From a virus: a stretch of DNA of 64,000 nucleotides. The notes below the pieces were generated by a model, which saw only the letters and a program-made list of their open reading frames with translations, was not told the origin of the DNA and did not search any database. Within the stretch, counting starts at the first letter, position 1; each line of letters begins with the position of its first letter. Location: the IMG/VR virus record IMGVR_UViG_3300023202_000034, positions 1 to 64,000 of that record; one strand, given 5' to 3'. Position numbers and translations under genes: made by a program. This document shows, one piece after another, positions 46,533 through 56,487 of the stretch.

Positions 46533-47275
46533 GCTGCGGCTTCCTCGTCGTAGTACTCATGCAAGCGGTTCAGTACCAGCTGGCAGTCGTTGTTGATGAA
46601 GGTTTCCTTGGTATCCCACAGGCCCAGTGGTCCACGGAGCCGTTCGTTGACGGTCTCTTTGGTGAGTCGGGTCTGGAATACGTACTTGATACCCAGGTTC
46701 TCTTCTTCTGGCGTATACGTCAGGAGGGAGTTCTGGTAGTCCTTCAGATCCTTGATCTTGACCTTCTTGGCGGCAATGATGCAGGAGAAGTAACTCTCGA
46801 TGCCGTTGTTTTTGAGCGAACCTTGCACCGGTACTTTGGTCTCCATGACCATATCTTTATCGTTCAGGGTGGCCAGGGTGTGCGCTGTGAAGATCACGTT
46901 CTTGGTAGACCTGGCTACATGCTGCTGCATCAGGCGCTTGAAGAATTGAGCGAAGTCGCCCCAGGCCTTACGCCCATCGGCAGACGGTGCCACATACAGA
47001 GACACATACATGTCCAGCATGTAGGTCAGAGAATCCACCACAATGGTGTGGATCTCCGGCATGGTTTCTGCAACCTGGAAGGCCTCTTCAATCTGGTGCG
47101 GATCGGTGATCACGTACTTCTTAAATTTGCTACGAAAAGGTAGCTTCTTTCCGGATTCGGTGTTGAGGTACATCACACCTTCGGGGTCTTTGAGTCCCAT
47201 AAGAGACGTAGACTTACCCGCAGATGATTCACCACACACCAGAACCAGGTTGTCATTGACTTGGTTTTGGGACAT
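46529..47275 (-). CDS. N4 gp44-like P-loop ATPase (Sak4-like)
   Basis: GESSAGKST, IVVDSLT, IFTAH. Confidence 0.85.
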   Translation of the reverse strand: MSQNQVNDNLVLVCGESSAGKSTSLMGLKDPEGVMYLNTESGKKLPFRSKFKKYVITDPHQIEEAFQVAETMPEIHTIVVDSLTYMLDMYVSLYVAPSADGRKAWGDFAQFFKRLMQQHVARSTKNVIFTAHTLATLNDKDMVMETKVPVQGSLKNNGIESYFSCIIAAKKVKIKDLKDYQNSLLTYTPEEENLGIKYVFQTRLTKETVNERLRGPLGLWDTKETFINNDCQLVLNRLHEYYDEEAAA

Positions 47276-47346
47276 ATATCCTCCGAGGATATGAGTGAAA
47301 GGGGTTGAGGCCTGTAGACGGTAAACCCGTACAGGTAAGGGTCCGG

Positions 47347-47802
47347 CTAATTGTCAAACCAGAACACAACACGCTGGCGGTCAGGGTCCCCGTCGAGGCC
47401 TTGAATAATGTCCTGCAGATAACCGGCCAAGGCTTGTGCGTGCTCTTCGCTGCTGATCAACAGTTCAGCTGCTTTGTTGAGCAGTTCACGCTTGGTCAGA
47501 TGGTTTGGTGAGTGAGCATCACCTTCCCAGCGTCGATAAAGCCGGTCAGTGTGATCTGATGCGTCATCAGGCCAGCCTTTGATCTCGAAAGAGAAAGGCC
47601 ATTCTGTGCGTACACCCGGATGCAGTAAGCCAAACAGCCAGTAGTTCCGGCCGTCATGTTGGGCTTGGTCCATATCAAACCAGCCCTCTTCATCAGGGTC
47701 TTCTGGATCGTCCTTCTCAACAGTAAAGGTGTCTGCTGCGTCGGCAATCCAATGGTCGTTCTCGTCCAGCGTTTCGCTGTACATGTGAATGTCACAGCCC
47801 AT
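47347..47802 (-). CDS. Conserved phage hypothetical protein (MGCDIH...RVVFWFDN)
   Basis: Motif pattern RNYWLFGLL..GVR; AAGGA RBS. Confidence 0.75.
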   Translation of the reverse strand: MGCDIHMYSETLDENDHWIADAADTFTVEKDDPEDPDEEGWFDMDQAQHDGRNYWLFGLLHPGVRTEWPFSFEIKGWPDDASDHTDRLYRRWEGDAHSPNHLTKRELLNKAAELLISSEEHAQALAGYLQDIIQGLDGDPDRQRVVFWFDN

Positions 47803-47858
47803 GAGTTTTCCTTTTGGTGGATTCATGAAGGGGCCGAAGGCCCCCTCACGAACTGGGT

Positions 47859-50021
47859 TTATGCTGCGCGTTTAGCCAGGGCTTTACCCACGGTCACCAT
47901 GATGGTGCCAATGATTTCAGCCTCGTCCAGCTTGTCAGCCAGCTTGTCGTTCAGATCCATGACACGTCGCTGGATCTCTGAGTAGTCCTGTCCGCCGTCT
48001 ACCAGGATCATGGCAAAGCGCATCAACTGGTTGTTGCGGTTACCGTCACCGGTGGTGTTGATCACCCAACGCTCGAGATTGTCCAGAGACTGTTGATCCT
48101 GAATCTGACGCTTGCGCTCTTCGTTCTTGCTGGTTTTCGGAATGAACGGCAGGACGTCCAGTAGCTCACCTTCGCTGTACTCGTAGTGACCTGCATGAGA
48201 CAGCCACTTACGGGCGCGTTGGCCTACTTGTGAATCCACTTCAAACGGAAGCCATTCAAAGATGTTCTTCATGAACTCCTTGAAGTCTTTCGCGTCCAGC
48301 TTCAGCTCGTAGTTGGTGGGAATGATGATCCGGAAGCGGTCTTCACCGTTTTCGCCGTGACGTTTTGTGGTGTAGATCATGTACTTCAGATCTTTCAGGA
48401 CTGTCCGAACCAGAGCCAGGGAAGTTCCGTGGTCCACGTCTACAACAATCAGATTGAACCCGGGCAAGCAGTTGTCTTCCTGACGGTGCCCACCGGTGAC
48501 GTGGTGGTTAATCCAGTGCAATCCCTGGCTTTGCGTCAGGATGTGCAGCTTGTCCCAGGGCGCATACTCGTTCTTGTAGCCTTGGGCAATGTCCGTGGAG
48601 TAGCTCACCGTCAGCTTGTTGAGGTCCGTTGAATCCAGAGTCTCACCCCGGAGGAACTCAATGCTGCTGTCAAACCGCTTCTTGATGATGATGTTGTTCT
48701 TGTAACCCCAGGCAATGGCCAGGTTCAGGAGATCCCGTTGCTGGTTTCCTGCTTTGGGGTAGAACGCCAGATCCTCTACCAGATCGGCTTGTGTCACTTC
48801 ATCCCGGTTGTTGGCCATGTACTTGGCCAGTTTCACGTAGGAACGGTCACGGTTCTGGATACGACTGAAAGCTTCACCGGATTCTTCGGCTGAGCGGATA
48901 GCGGCCTTGTAATGTTCAGGCAGAATTTCCGGACTCTCGTCGATGAAGGCGTAAGCACCGGCCAGTTTCATGGCCTTGAAGAATCGTTGACGCATCTCTG
49001 AGCGTGCCAGGTCCTGATGCAGTGGCAAGTGGTGAGCTCGAAGAGCACAGTCGTTCTCGTACTGGTAGTACAGCAGGGCGGTTTCGTCCGGTACGATCAG
49101 TTGCTTGTGCGCATTGATCATGTTGGACAGTTTGCCCAGATGCTTGGCAGCTTCCGCCAGAGAGGTGTCCTGTTCCATGCTCTTGGCTTTGGCGACTTTT
49201 TCAGCTGGGGAGAGCAGGTCGGGATCTTCCATCACAACGTCGTCATTGACGAAGCCAAAGAAGCAGCGACGTGCGTAACCCATACCCAACAAGTTGTTGA
49301 ACACTTCTTCAGTACGGCCACCATCGAGCAGGCCTTGAGGCACACCAAACAACATCATGTTGGTTGGGGTAATGCCCTGGATTTCTTCGTTCCGGATCGA
49401 CTCTGTGGTGTTTTTCACCAACTTCTGTTTCACCTTCCCGTCAAACAGTTCCAGGAACAATCCCATAATGTCGATGTTGCCAATCAGGTTGGCGCCAATT
49501 TCATCCACCTGGAAGTTCATGGCACCACCGTTGGCCATCAGCAGCATGTTGCGTTGCTGTTTAATCGCCGGTGCAGTACCCGAGTCAAAGCTGAACAGCA
49601 TCGTGCCGTGGCTTTCAAACTCACGACGTACCCGCTCGGCTTCTTCGTCCGGGTCCTTGTTCTTACGTGCCGCACGTTCCAAAGCCAGCTTGGGGATGTT
49701 CATTTCCGCCAGCAGTGGCATGGTCTGGTTGACGAACATGGTGCGGAACTGGTGGATGACCTCGTCTTCAATAATGGCGGTGGAGTGTCCTTTACCAAAA
49801 CCAGAAGGTGCCAGGTTGATCATGAATGCGTTGACCGGCTGAGGGGCTTTACCCTCTTGCTTGATCATGGTGCGCATCATGGAGGCCACGATGGTCAGGT
49901 AGTAGTTCACATGGTTTCGGAAGAAGGAAGTTTCCTTGGTTCCGATTCGGTTACAGATGCTGGTCACCAACCGTTCTGCGAACGGGAAGTGATCCAGGTT
50001 GTCGTAGTCAATCTCGCTCAT
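47859..50021 (-). CDS. DNA primase (N4 gp43/dns-like)
   Basis: APSGFGKG, VVDVD, YTTKRH, GNRNNQL. Confidence 0.88.
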   Translation of the reverse strand: MSEIDYDNLDHFPFAERLVTSICNRIGTKETSFFRNHVNYYLTIVASMMRTMIKQEGKAPQPVNAFMINLAPSGFGKGHSTAIIEDEVIHQFRTMFVNQTMPLLAEMNIPKLALERAARKNKDPDEEAERVRREFESHGTMLFSFDSGTAPAIKQQRNMLLMANGGAMNFQVDEIGANLIGNIDIMGLFLELFDGKVKQKLVKNTTESIRNEEIQGITPTNMMLFGVPQGLLDGGRTEEVFNNLLGMGYARRCFFGFVNDDVVMEDPDLLSPAEKVAKAKSMEQDTSLAEAAKHLGKLSNMINAHKQLIVPDETALLYYQYENDCALRAHHLPLHQDLARSEMRQRFFKAMKLAGAYAFIDESPEILPEHYKAAIRSAEESGEAFSRIQNRDRSYVKLAKYMANNRDEVTQADLVEDLAFYPKAGNQQRDLLNLAIAWGYKNNIIIKKRFDSSIEFLRGETLDSTDLNKLTVSYSTDIAQGYKNEYAPWDKLHILTQSQGLHWINHHVTGGHRQEDNCLPGFNLIVVDVDHGTSLALVRTVLKDLKYMIYTTKRHGENGEDRFRIIIPTNYELKLDAKDFKEFMKNIFEWLPFEVDSQVGQRARKWLSHAGHYEYSEGELLDVLPFIPKTSKNEERKRQIQDQQSLDNLERWVINTTGDGNRNNQLMRFAMILVDGGQDYSEIQRRVMDLNDKLADKLDEAEIIGTIMVTVGKALAKRAA

Positions 50022-50032
50022 AACAGCTCCGG

Positions 50033-51010
50033 CTAGAGGATCAGTGAACCGTCCGCAATCAGAGCGTCTTTCTGTGAACAGACACTAAATGCAGGACAGT
50101 ATTTACACGCCACAACTTCACCAGGCTTCTCCACCACGATGCCGACGTTCTTATCCGCGGCTAAGCGGGCGTAGGCTTCTTGCTGGTTATCGAAGTTCTT
50201 GGTGCTGCGGCTCATTTTTTCAGGGTTCTTGTAGTACTTCCACTGAGGGGCTTTTCTCCACAGTTCTTTGTCTGTACAGAGCGGGATCTGATCTTCCGGG
50301 GCATCCTTGTAGAAGTCGATCTGCTGCAGCTTCTTGACCACAAACTGCTCGGTCTCTTTCAGACTCATCAGAGGAAAAGCCACAGAGACAATCTGGTTTG
50401 GTGGATACCCAGGTTCACGAGACCTGGCGGATTGCCAATCCATGAAGATGTAATGAATCCGCATCTGGTCACTGGTGATGATGTCTGGGGACAACCACCG
50501 GTAGATGCTGCCCTGCAGGATGTAGTCTTCATCTTTGGTGCTGTTGATGAAGGTGAACACCGACGTGGATTTGAAATCCTCCACCTGACCTTCGGCTACG
50601 AAGTCGTACTTACCGGATATCCGGACACCGTTAATGTCCTTGTAGCGACGTTGCTCCATGTACACAGGAACAATGTCCGGGTCTTGGGCCAAGTCTTCTG
50701 GTGAGGGGTTGACCCGCACACGGTCGATCAGCCGCTTGGGGTAGCCCAACTCAGTGAGGGCAACCTGATAGTTGTCTTTCCAGGCACGCTCAATACCGTC
50801 ATGAATGGCATTACCCAGTCGAGACTTCACCAGGTTGGACACATCCGTAATGGATTCAGACGGCGGTACCCGTCCAGCCAGAATGATTTGTCTCAGTGGT
50901 TTAATCAGGGCGGTTGCAGAAACGGTTTGATCGTCATGATCGTAATGATCCGTTGCCAAAAACACAGCAACAGCTAAGGGTATATTCCCCTCGTTGATGT
51001 ATTTACGCAT
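50033..51010 (-). CDS. PD-(D/E)XK nuclease (N4 gp42-like)
   Basis: SGKYDFV...EDFKST, LQGSIY, CKYCPAFSVC. Confidence 0.85.
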   Translation of the reverse strand: MRKYINEGNIPLAVAVFLATDHYDHDDQTVSATALIKPLRQIILAGRVPPSESITDVSNLVKSRLGNAIHDGIERAWKDNYQVALTELGYPKRLIDRVRVNPSPEDLAQDPDIVPVYMEQRRYKDINGVRISGKYDFVAEGQVEDFKSTSVFTFINSTKDEDYILQGSIYRWLSPDIITSDQMRIHYIFMDWQSARSREPGYPPNQIVSVAFPLMSLKETEQFVVKKLQQIDFYKDAPEDQIPLCTDKELWRKAPQWKYYKNPEKMSRSTKNFDNQQEAYARLAADKNVGIVVEKPGEVVACKYCPAFSVCSQKDALIADGSLIL

Positions 51011-51050
51011 GGGTTAAGTCCTTGAATGAAATACACGGGGTAATATCCCG

Positions 51051-51296
51051 TTATTGTGGGAGGTTGTAAGCTTTAATGATTGTAGGTTCCAGTACTTCAC
51101 CAAACCAATTGAAGTAACGTACCTCCGTTAAGTATTGGTCTTTGGTAAGTACTACTCTTTCACCGGGGACTAGGATTCGGTAATACCGGTATTGTCCCTT
51201 AACTGTTAACAAGCAATAGCCTGTAGTAAATCGAGGGGTATACCGGTACAGAAAATCACATCCACGGTTAAACTTTCGGATAATTAAACGGAGCAT
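51051..51296 (-). CDS. Hypothetical protein
   Basis: 81 aa; TAATG coupling. Confidence 0.6.
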   Translation of the reverse strand: MLRLIIRKFNRGCDFLYRYTPRFTTGYCLLTVKGQYRYYRILVPGERVVLTKDQYLTEVRYFNWFGEVLEPTIIKAYNLPQ

Positions 51297-51736
51297 TACG
51301 CTTCCTGTGACAGTGCTCGCGTCTCAATGGCCACCATACGCTGACCGAAGTGAGCTACCTTCTGTGCATTCCTCAGCGGAGTATCTCCAGGTTTGCCGTT
51401 ACCAAAGCGATCCGCACATTTGCGCCAGATAGCCTTGAAGGCTTCTCCTTCCTGGAAGGTCATGCCGAGGGCTTCGATGATATCTTCACACTCAGCCGTA
51501 TAGGCCTTAAGGCGCTTGGGGTGGGTAATGTCCACGAGCCAGTAGTCATTATCACCACCAGAGGATTGCTTAGCTTCTAGCAATACACCGGTGTTTCCTT
51601 GACTGAAACTACGTGTGTTTGATTTGTTGGTTTGCCGTTGTGTAGGTGCTTCTTTCATTAAGCACTCTACGCAGTAATCCAGATCGTGCATCGGATTTAT
51701 TTCATGGGAACAACCAATGTTTTTACATTGCGGCAT
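51296..51736 (-). CDS. Zn-finger plus DUF3310-like domain protein
   Basis: N-terminal C-x4-C...CVEC; ECEDIIEALGMTFQEGEAFKAIWR. Confidence 0.65.
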   Translation of the reverse strand: MPQCKNIGCSHEINPMHDLDYCVECLMKEAPTQRQTNKSNTRSFSQGNTGVLLEAKQSSGGDNDYWLVDITHPKRLKAYTAECEDIIEALGMTFQEGEAFKAIWRKCADRFGNGKPGDTPLRNAQKVAHFGQRMVAIETRALSQEA

Positions 51737-51773
51737 GGTTTACCTGTATATATCGAGCAGGGGAGTTGCTTAT

Positions 51774-52166
51774 TTAAACAGAAAAATGATCCTCAAGGAA
51801 AGGTAAAACAAACTTGACTGCTCTTAAATACTTTTGAGCCTGCTTTTTACCTAAATCAGTCATGGTTTGTATTTCACGAACATTTATCATCTCGATACAT
51901 TGAAGGATGTTATAGAGACGGTTTATGTTCAATGGCCTGGAATCATTACTGTCCAGTCGTGATGCAGCATCAATCCACTCAGCCACTTCGCACCCAGGTG
52001 TGTTGGGCCGAACAAATTGCATCGGAACCAGTACGGTGTTGGGTACGTTGGAGGCTCGTGGTTGCTTCTGCGTGTTCGCCTTACCGGCGTAACGTATCCG
52101 GTCAATCCCGGAGTTACCTAACCTCTTGGAAAGGTTAGTCATTTCGATGATTGGGGCAATATGCAT
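51774..52166 (-). CDS. Hypothetical protein with possible C-terminal HTH (start uncertain)
   Basis: INVREIQTMTDLGKKQAQKYLRAV; the upstream ORF extension crosses a large hairpin. Confidence 0.55.
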   Translation of the reverse strand: MHIAPIIEMTNLSKRLGNSGIDRIRYAGKANTQKQPRASNVPNTVLVPMQFVRPNTPGCEVAEWIDAASRLDSNDSRPLNINRLYNILQCIEMINVREIQTMTDLGKKQAQKYLRAVKFVLPFLEDHFSV

Positions 52167-52324
52167 AGGGTCTTCTGTAAAACGCCTCTTATATATAGGG
52201 GGTAATTCCCCCAGGTCCTCCGGTCTGTCAGACCTGAAGGAATTACCCCCGCTTCGCATCTCTTCTGCTCATCTACCTTCCACCCTTCTGGGTGGTGCAT
52301 TCACTGCCCGGAGGGCAGCTAACC

Positions 52325-52708
52325 CTACTTTGCAAGAGGAAAGAAGGTTTCTGCTTGTTTCATGGCTTCAAGGAAATGCTCTTTGAATTCGCTGCTAAAC
52401 CATTCGGTAGTACCCTTACTGGGTACAGCCTCGAAGAAGTTATTGATCGTTGTCAGGATTCTGGCTTCAACTTCTACAGCATCCTGAAACATTTCAGTAA
52501 CCGCAACAAGCTGAACAGAGTTCCTTGGTCTATTTGAATTATACGCTAGTAACCTCTTGTGAAGGTTGGATGTTCTTCCGATCTTGATATAGTCAGGTTC
52601 GGTACAATCATGGACCATGTAGATGAACCCCCGATTGTCTGGGGGTACTACAAAGCTCTCTGTTGAGATTGCAACCAGAGGGTTTCCATCTTCTCGTAGA
52701 TAACGCAT
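52325..52708 (-). CDS. T5orf172/GIY-YIG-like protein
   Basis: GFIYMV...YIKIGRTSNLHKRL..YN...E...EWF; GGAG RBS. Confidence 0.78.
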   Translation of the reverse strand: MRYLREDGNPLVAISTESFVVPPDNRGFIYMVHDCTEPDYIKIGRTSNLHKRLLAYNSNRPRNSVQLVAVTEMFQDAVEVEARILTTINNFFEAVPSKGTTEWFSSEFKEHFLEAMKQAETFFPLAK

Positions 52709-52801
52709 GTACTTACTCCGTGATGGCAATAGCCCCTACCGCTCCGCTTCGGGGCTATTGCCTGGTTCGGTCACCCGCTCCTGGGTGTCAACTATCATGG
52801 C

Positions 52802-55800
52802 TTAGATTTCGCAGGCACCCCCACTGCACGCCTGAGCGCCGGTGGTATTGATATCGACATACTTGGGTTGTGTGAGTACCGCGGTAAAGTCGATGGGCTT
52901 CAGAGACCGCTCAATGGCCTTCCAGCGGTGCAGGTTGTACACGTCCTTGAGGCAATCGGTGGTGGCCTGGAGGTCACCTGAGAAATACCGTTCTGCAAAT
53001 TGCAGCGCACGACGTACCCAGTCCCGCTTCAGAAGATCGTGAGAGCCATGCTGCGACAGGTTCTTACCTTTCTCCGTGGCTTCAAAGCAGGCTGCCCAGA
53101 GGTCACTGTTGAAGGCATGCAGGCCATCGACCAGCAAACCCGAGGCAAACATGGCGGCATCACCGTACTTGGTATAGATCTCATCACCGGTCAGGACTTC
53201 CTGGAACGGGGCTTGGGGATACGCCTTGTCGCCGCCTTTGGCCAGCAGGGATACCCCGGCAAACCACTGACGATTGTCGTACAGATACTGCTCGACCTCG
53301 TCCCAGTCATCGACTGAAATGGTATTGGAGACGTTGTGACGTAGACGTTTATCCACGCAGAACTCATCCGCAGTACCATACTCTACCCAGAACTGTTGGG
53401 CTTTCTTGACATAATCCAGTTGCTTCACACCCAACAGATCCCGTTTGAAAATGGAACCTTCCTTGGCAATCAGCGGGAAGCTGACCATCTTATCGGTACC
53501 GGTGGCCGACCAAACAGAGTCTTCAACCATTTCCGGATTCTGGCGGATGATCTCTTGCAGGCCTTCATCCATTTCGTTCATCTGCATGTTGCGGAAGAAG
53601 CGAGGTGAGTGTTCACCGTGAATACCTGAGGAGGTCCCGAGCATGACGGAGGCATTACCACTGGGCTTGACACAAGTTGTCCGTGCGGCCGGGTTGATAC
53701 CTAACAGTTTGGCCATGATCTCATTGGTTTTGCGGACTTCCAGGGCGCCGGCTTGCATGTTGAACTCGTCGAACAGTACGTCCGGGTTGTTCATCCAGCC
53801 AGTGATGGAGACACCAATAAGGGCTTCACGTTCTACAATGGACTGGGTAACCCCGTCATCGTCCATGTGAGGAAAGTGGGTGTACCCAGCTTGCAGTGTA
53901 CCGATGATGGAGCCAGCTTTGGCTGCAATCAAAAGATCTTCCAGGGTGTTGCACTTGGAACCGTTGATTTCGGAGAGGTTACACATCTGCCAGCCAGAAC
54001 GGCCTTGTGCATCGTAGCCTCGCATACCGATTTCAACACAGGGATTGAATACAAATTCCAGATCTTCTGTGAAGATAAAACCAGGCTCACCAAAGTCACG
54101 GACAGACTTCATGATGTGAGCCCACTCTTCCCGGGTCAGCTCGTCACGCTTGAGAACGACGGAGTTGTTGGATCGTCCCCGTTGTGGGTTCTCGTTGAAC
54201 CAGTTACCGGTCTTGGCGTTCAACATCTCCTGATCGTCTTTGCTGAACATACAGATGGTGGCTGATCGACGTACACCGCCACTGAGGACCGCATCAGCCA
54301 GGTGCATGACAATGTCGTACACATGGATGGGTCTGAGGCGATTACCTTCTCTGGTGGCTCTCTGGAGCAGTTCTTCGACCTTTGTCAGAGAACTCCGTAA
54401 ACCATCAGGTCCGGGTGCTTTGAAGCCACCGGAAATCAGTGCACCTTTTGGACGAATCAAGCCATAGTCAAAGTTGACGTGATAACCCTGGTACTCTGGT
54501 TTGGGGGCATCGGATTCCAGGAAAGAAGAGATCAGGGCATGCACTGCATCTTTCCAGCCTTCAATACTGTCCTCAATGACGAACAGCTTACTCTCGGAAC
54601 TGCGTGCTTTGATGTTGGGCAACTTGGCAACGTGGTGCTTCTGCACGGAGAAGCCAGCACCTGTACCGCATAACAGCAGATATAGAGCCTGACCAAAGAA
54701 GATCGATCGATCGGCGTAGGTCGCTGCACAGTTACCTGTTACCACTCCGTTGGGCATGATGAACGAACGGTCTTGATTTACTTCTAAGCACCAGGCAATA
54801 CCGGATTTTACGGCTGGCTCGATTGCTTTGACCTTCCAGCCTGCATTGTATTTGGAGCCCATATTATCTGAAGTACGGAAACTAATTGTGTAAGGACGTT
54901 TTCCTAAGTTGGTTTGCTGATCAGTAAGATCAGTCTCAGAAATAATCCAGACTCCAGCGATAGGGAAACATTTACGTATAAAATCAATGTGATCCGTATC
55001 TGAGCATTGAATTGAAGTGTACCGGGTACCGTGGTTATTACGGCTTTTCTCACCATCTGCTTGAAGATAACCGGCAACAAATGCTCGGACCATCTCAGGG
55101 GAATCTACAGAAGGATCTGGGGCGGTTTTTAGGTAGGTACCCGTGTAAGCATACGCATCACCTTTTAGCGAATCGTGCGTCCCTGTTTTGAAGCCCATTT
55201 CCTCAAAACGTTCTACAAACCGAGCATCTTTTCCACAAAGCCTGATCATGGAGTAAGTATGTGTCCCGTTTTTCTTAACACGGGTACCGTCCCCATAGAC
55301 CATCCCATAACACCAGTAAAGGCGTTCTGTAGGTGTTGCTAAGTCGTAATCAAACTCACCGAATGCGTTTTGAGGTTTCAGTAGGTTATCGCCTACTGAA
55401 AGGGTGGTGGTTTCAGAACCATCCTTGAGTAACCATCTGTGGTCAGATGTAGCAAAAACTTCCGTTTCATTAGTTCCTTTACAGAGGGTGATGCGGTTAA
55501 ATTTTTGATGCCCGTAGGAGCGGACAATTGCTTTTTGCCACTTACCTGTGTGGGAAGCAACAACCACTTCTTCACCGTCCTTACAATCACGAAAAGACCT
55601 GACACCTGCAGAGGTTACGAACTGCTCGGCTTCGTCAAAACAGTTGTAGACCTTGGCTTCGTGCTTGAAGATCTGATCACCACCAAACTGCAGTGTCCGT
55701 TGTGCCGCCAGCAGACGCTGGTCGAGATAGGCGTCTTCAGCAAACTGGATCATTTCTTCCAGTTCTGGTGTCATACGGTCTGCGTACTTTGTGCGGTGCA

Positions 55801-55957
55801 TGTTCATGACACGCTTGACTGCTTGTTCCCAACTTTCAAACGCTGCTACATCTTCTTGCCAACGGGAATAGTCCATAAAGAACTTGGCATCCTGCATCAT
55901 GGTTTGACCAATGCCCTTGGCAATAGGCGATTTATCAAACGAAAGGATTTCTCCCAT
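52802..55957 (-). CDS. nrdJ: Class II (B12-dependent) ribonucleotide reductase with intein (747 aa after splicing)
   Basis: GTGAGFSV, SGGVRRSA, NPCVEI, CNLSEIN, TCVKPSG, C-terminal CSGGACEI; no beta subunit gene in the window. Confidence 0.88.
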   Translation of the reverse strand: MGEILSFDKSPIAKGIGQTMMQDAKFFMDYSRWQEDVAAFESWEQAVKRVMNMHRTKYADRMTPELEEMIQFAEDAYLDQRLLAAQRTLQFGGDQIFKHEAKVYNCFDEAEQFVTSAGVRSFRDCKDGEEVVVASHTGKWQKAIVRSYGHQKFNRITLCKGTNETEVFATSDHRWLLKDGSETTTLSVGDNLLKPQNAFGEFDYDLATPTERLYWCYGMVYGDGTRVKKNGTHTYSMIRLCGKDARFVERFEEMGFKTGTHDSLKGDAYAYTGTYLKTAPDPSVDSPEMVRAFVAGYLQADGEKSRNNHGTRYTSIQCSDTDHIDFIRKCFPIAGVWIISETDLTDQQTNLGKRPYTISFRTSDNMGSKYNAGWKVKAIEPAVKSGIAWCLEVNQDRSFIMPNGVVTGNCAATYADRSIFFGQALYLLLCGTGAGFSVQKHHVAKLPNIKARSSESKLFVIEDSIEGWKDAVHALISSFLESDAPKPEYQGYHVNFDYGLIRPKGALISGGFKAPGPDGLRSSLTKVEELLQRATREGNRLRPIHVYDIVMHLADAVLSGGVRRSATICMFSKDDQEMLNAKTGNWFNENPQRGRSNNSVVLKRDELTREEWAHIMKSVRDFGEPGFIFTEDLEFVFNPCVEIGMRGYDAQGRSGWQMCNLSEINGSKCNTLEDLLIAAKAGSIIGTLQAGYTHFPHMDDDGVTQSIVEREALIGVSITGWMNNPDVLFDEFNMQAGALEVRKTNEIMAKLLGINPAARTTCVKPSGNASVMLGTSSGIHGEHSPRFFRNMQMNEMDEGLQEIIRQNPEMVEDSVWSATGTDKMVSFPLIAKEGSIFKRDLLGVKQLDYVKKAQQFWVEYGTADEFCVDKRLRHNVSNTISVDDWDEVEQYLYDNRQWFAGVSLLAKGGDKAYPQAPFQEVLTGDEIYTKYGDAAMFASGLLVDGLHAFNSDLWAACFEATEKGKNLSQHGSHDLLKRDWVRRALQFAERYFSGDLQATTDCLKDVYNLHRWKAIERSLKPIDFTAVLTQPKYVDINTTGAQACSGGACEI
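54731..55642 (-). mobile_element. Intein with LAGLIDADG endonuclease in RNR, 304 aa
   Basis: VYN|CFDEAE...ATSDHRW...VVTGN|CAATY; YGMVYGDG and AGYLQADG. Confidence 0.92.
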
Positions 55958-55982
55958 AAATAACTCCTGAAAGGTATGAGAT

Positions 55983-56009
55983 AAAAAAGGGCCAGAGATT
56001 TCTGGCCCT
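55983..56009 (-). terminator. Intrinsic terminator between thyX and nrdJ
   Basis: AGGGCCAGA-AAUC-UCUGGCCCU then U tract. Confidence 0.7.
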
Positions 56010-56059
56010 ATAAGGGAACGGACTATGTAATCAGAAGTAAAACAGGTTTGCCTGTTTAT

Positions 56060-56487
56060 TTAGTCTACAAGTGCCGACCAAGAGACTGGATAAAGTGGTC
56101 TGATAATCTCATCCCATTGTTTAGCCAGGTCTTGGATTTCTTTTTGGGCATGAGCATCACTGCGTTGAATATACGCGTTGGCCCAGGCATAGAGTGAGCC
56201 GGTTACCCAGTAGGTTGTAAGCATGGATTGAGGCAGAACCATCCTGGCCTGTTCGGGGGCAATGCCGCGATTGATCATCTGGGTATAGAGCAGGCGAGCG
56301 TCTTCAACGAAGTTCTCATACTCGGACTTCCAGTACCCCTGTTGAGTGTCGGAGACACCTCCACCACTACCTTGCTTAATGCCACCGACTGGACGGGCAC
56401 GCCAGACTTCCGGCTCGTGAAACTCCGGCGTATCATCCACATAGCGACGACTTATCTCGTTATAGGTGAAACCAACCATGTGTTTGA
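56060..56487 (-). CDS. thyX: Flavin-dependent thymidylate synthase, exon 2
   Basis: KHMVGFTYNEISRRY, APEQARMVLP, HAQKEI; spliced product 248 aa. Confidence 0.9.

Noticed and set aside
55958-56059. Cobalamin riboswitch upstream of the B12-dependent RNR
   Set aside because: Only about 100 nt with a simple terminator; no B12-box consensus seen.
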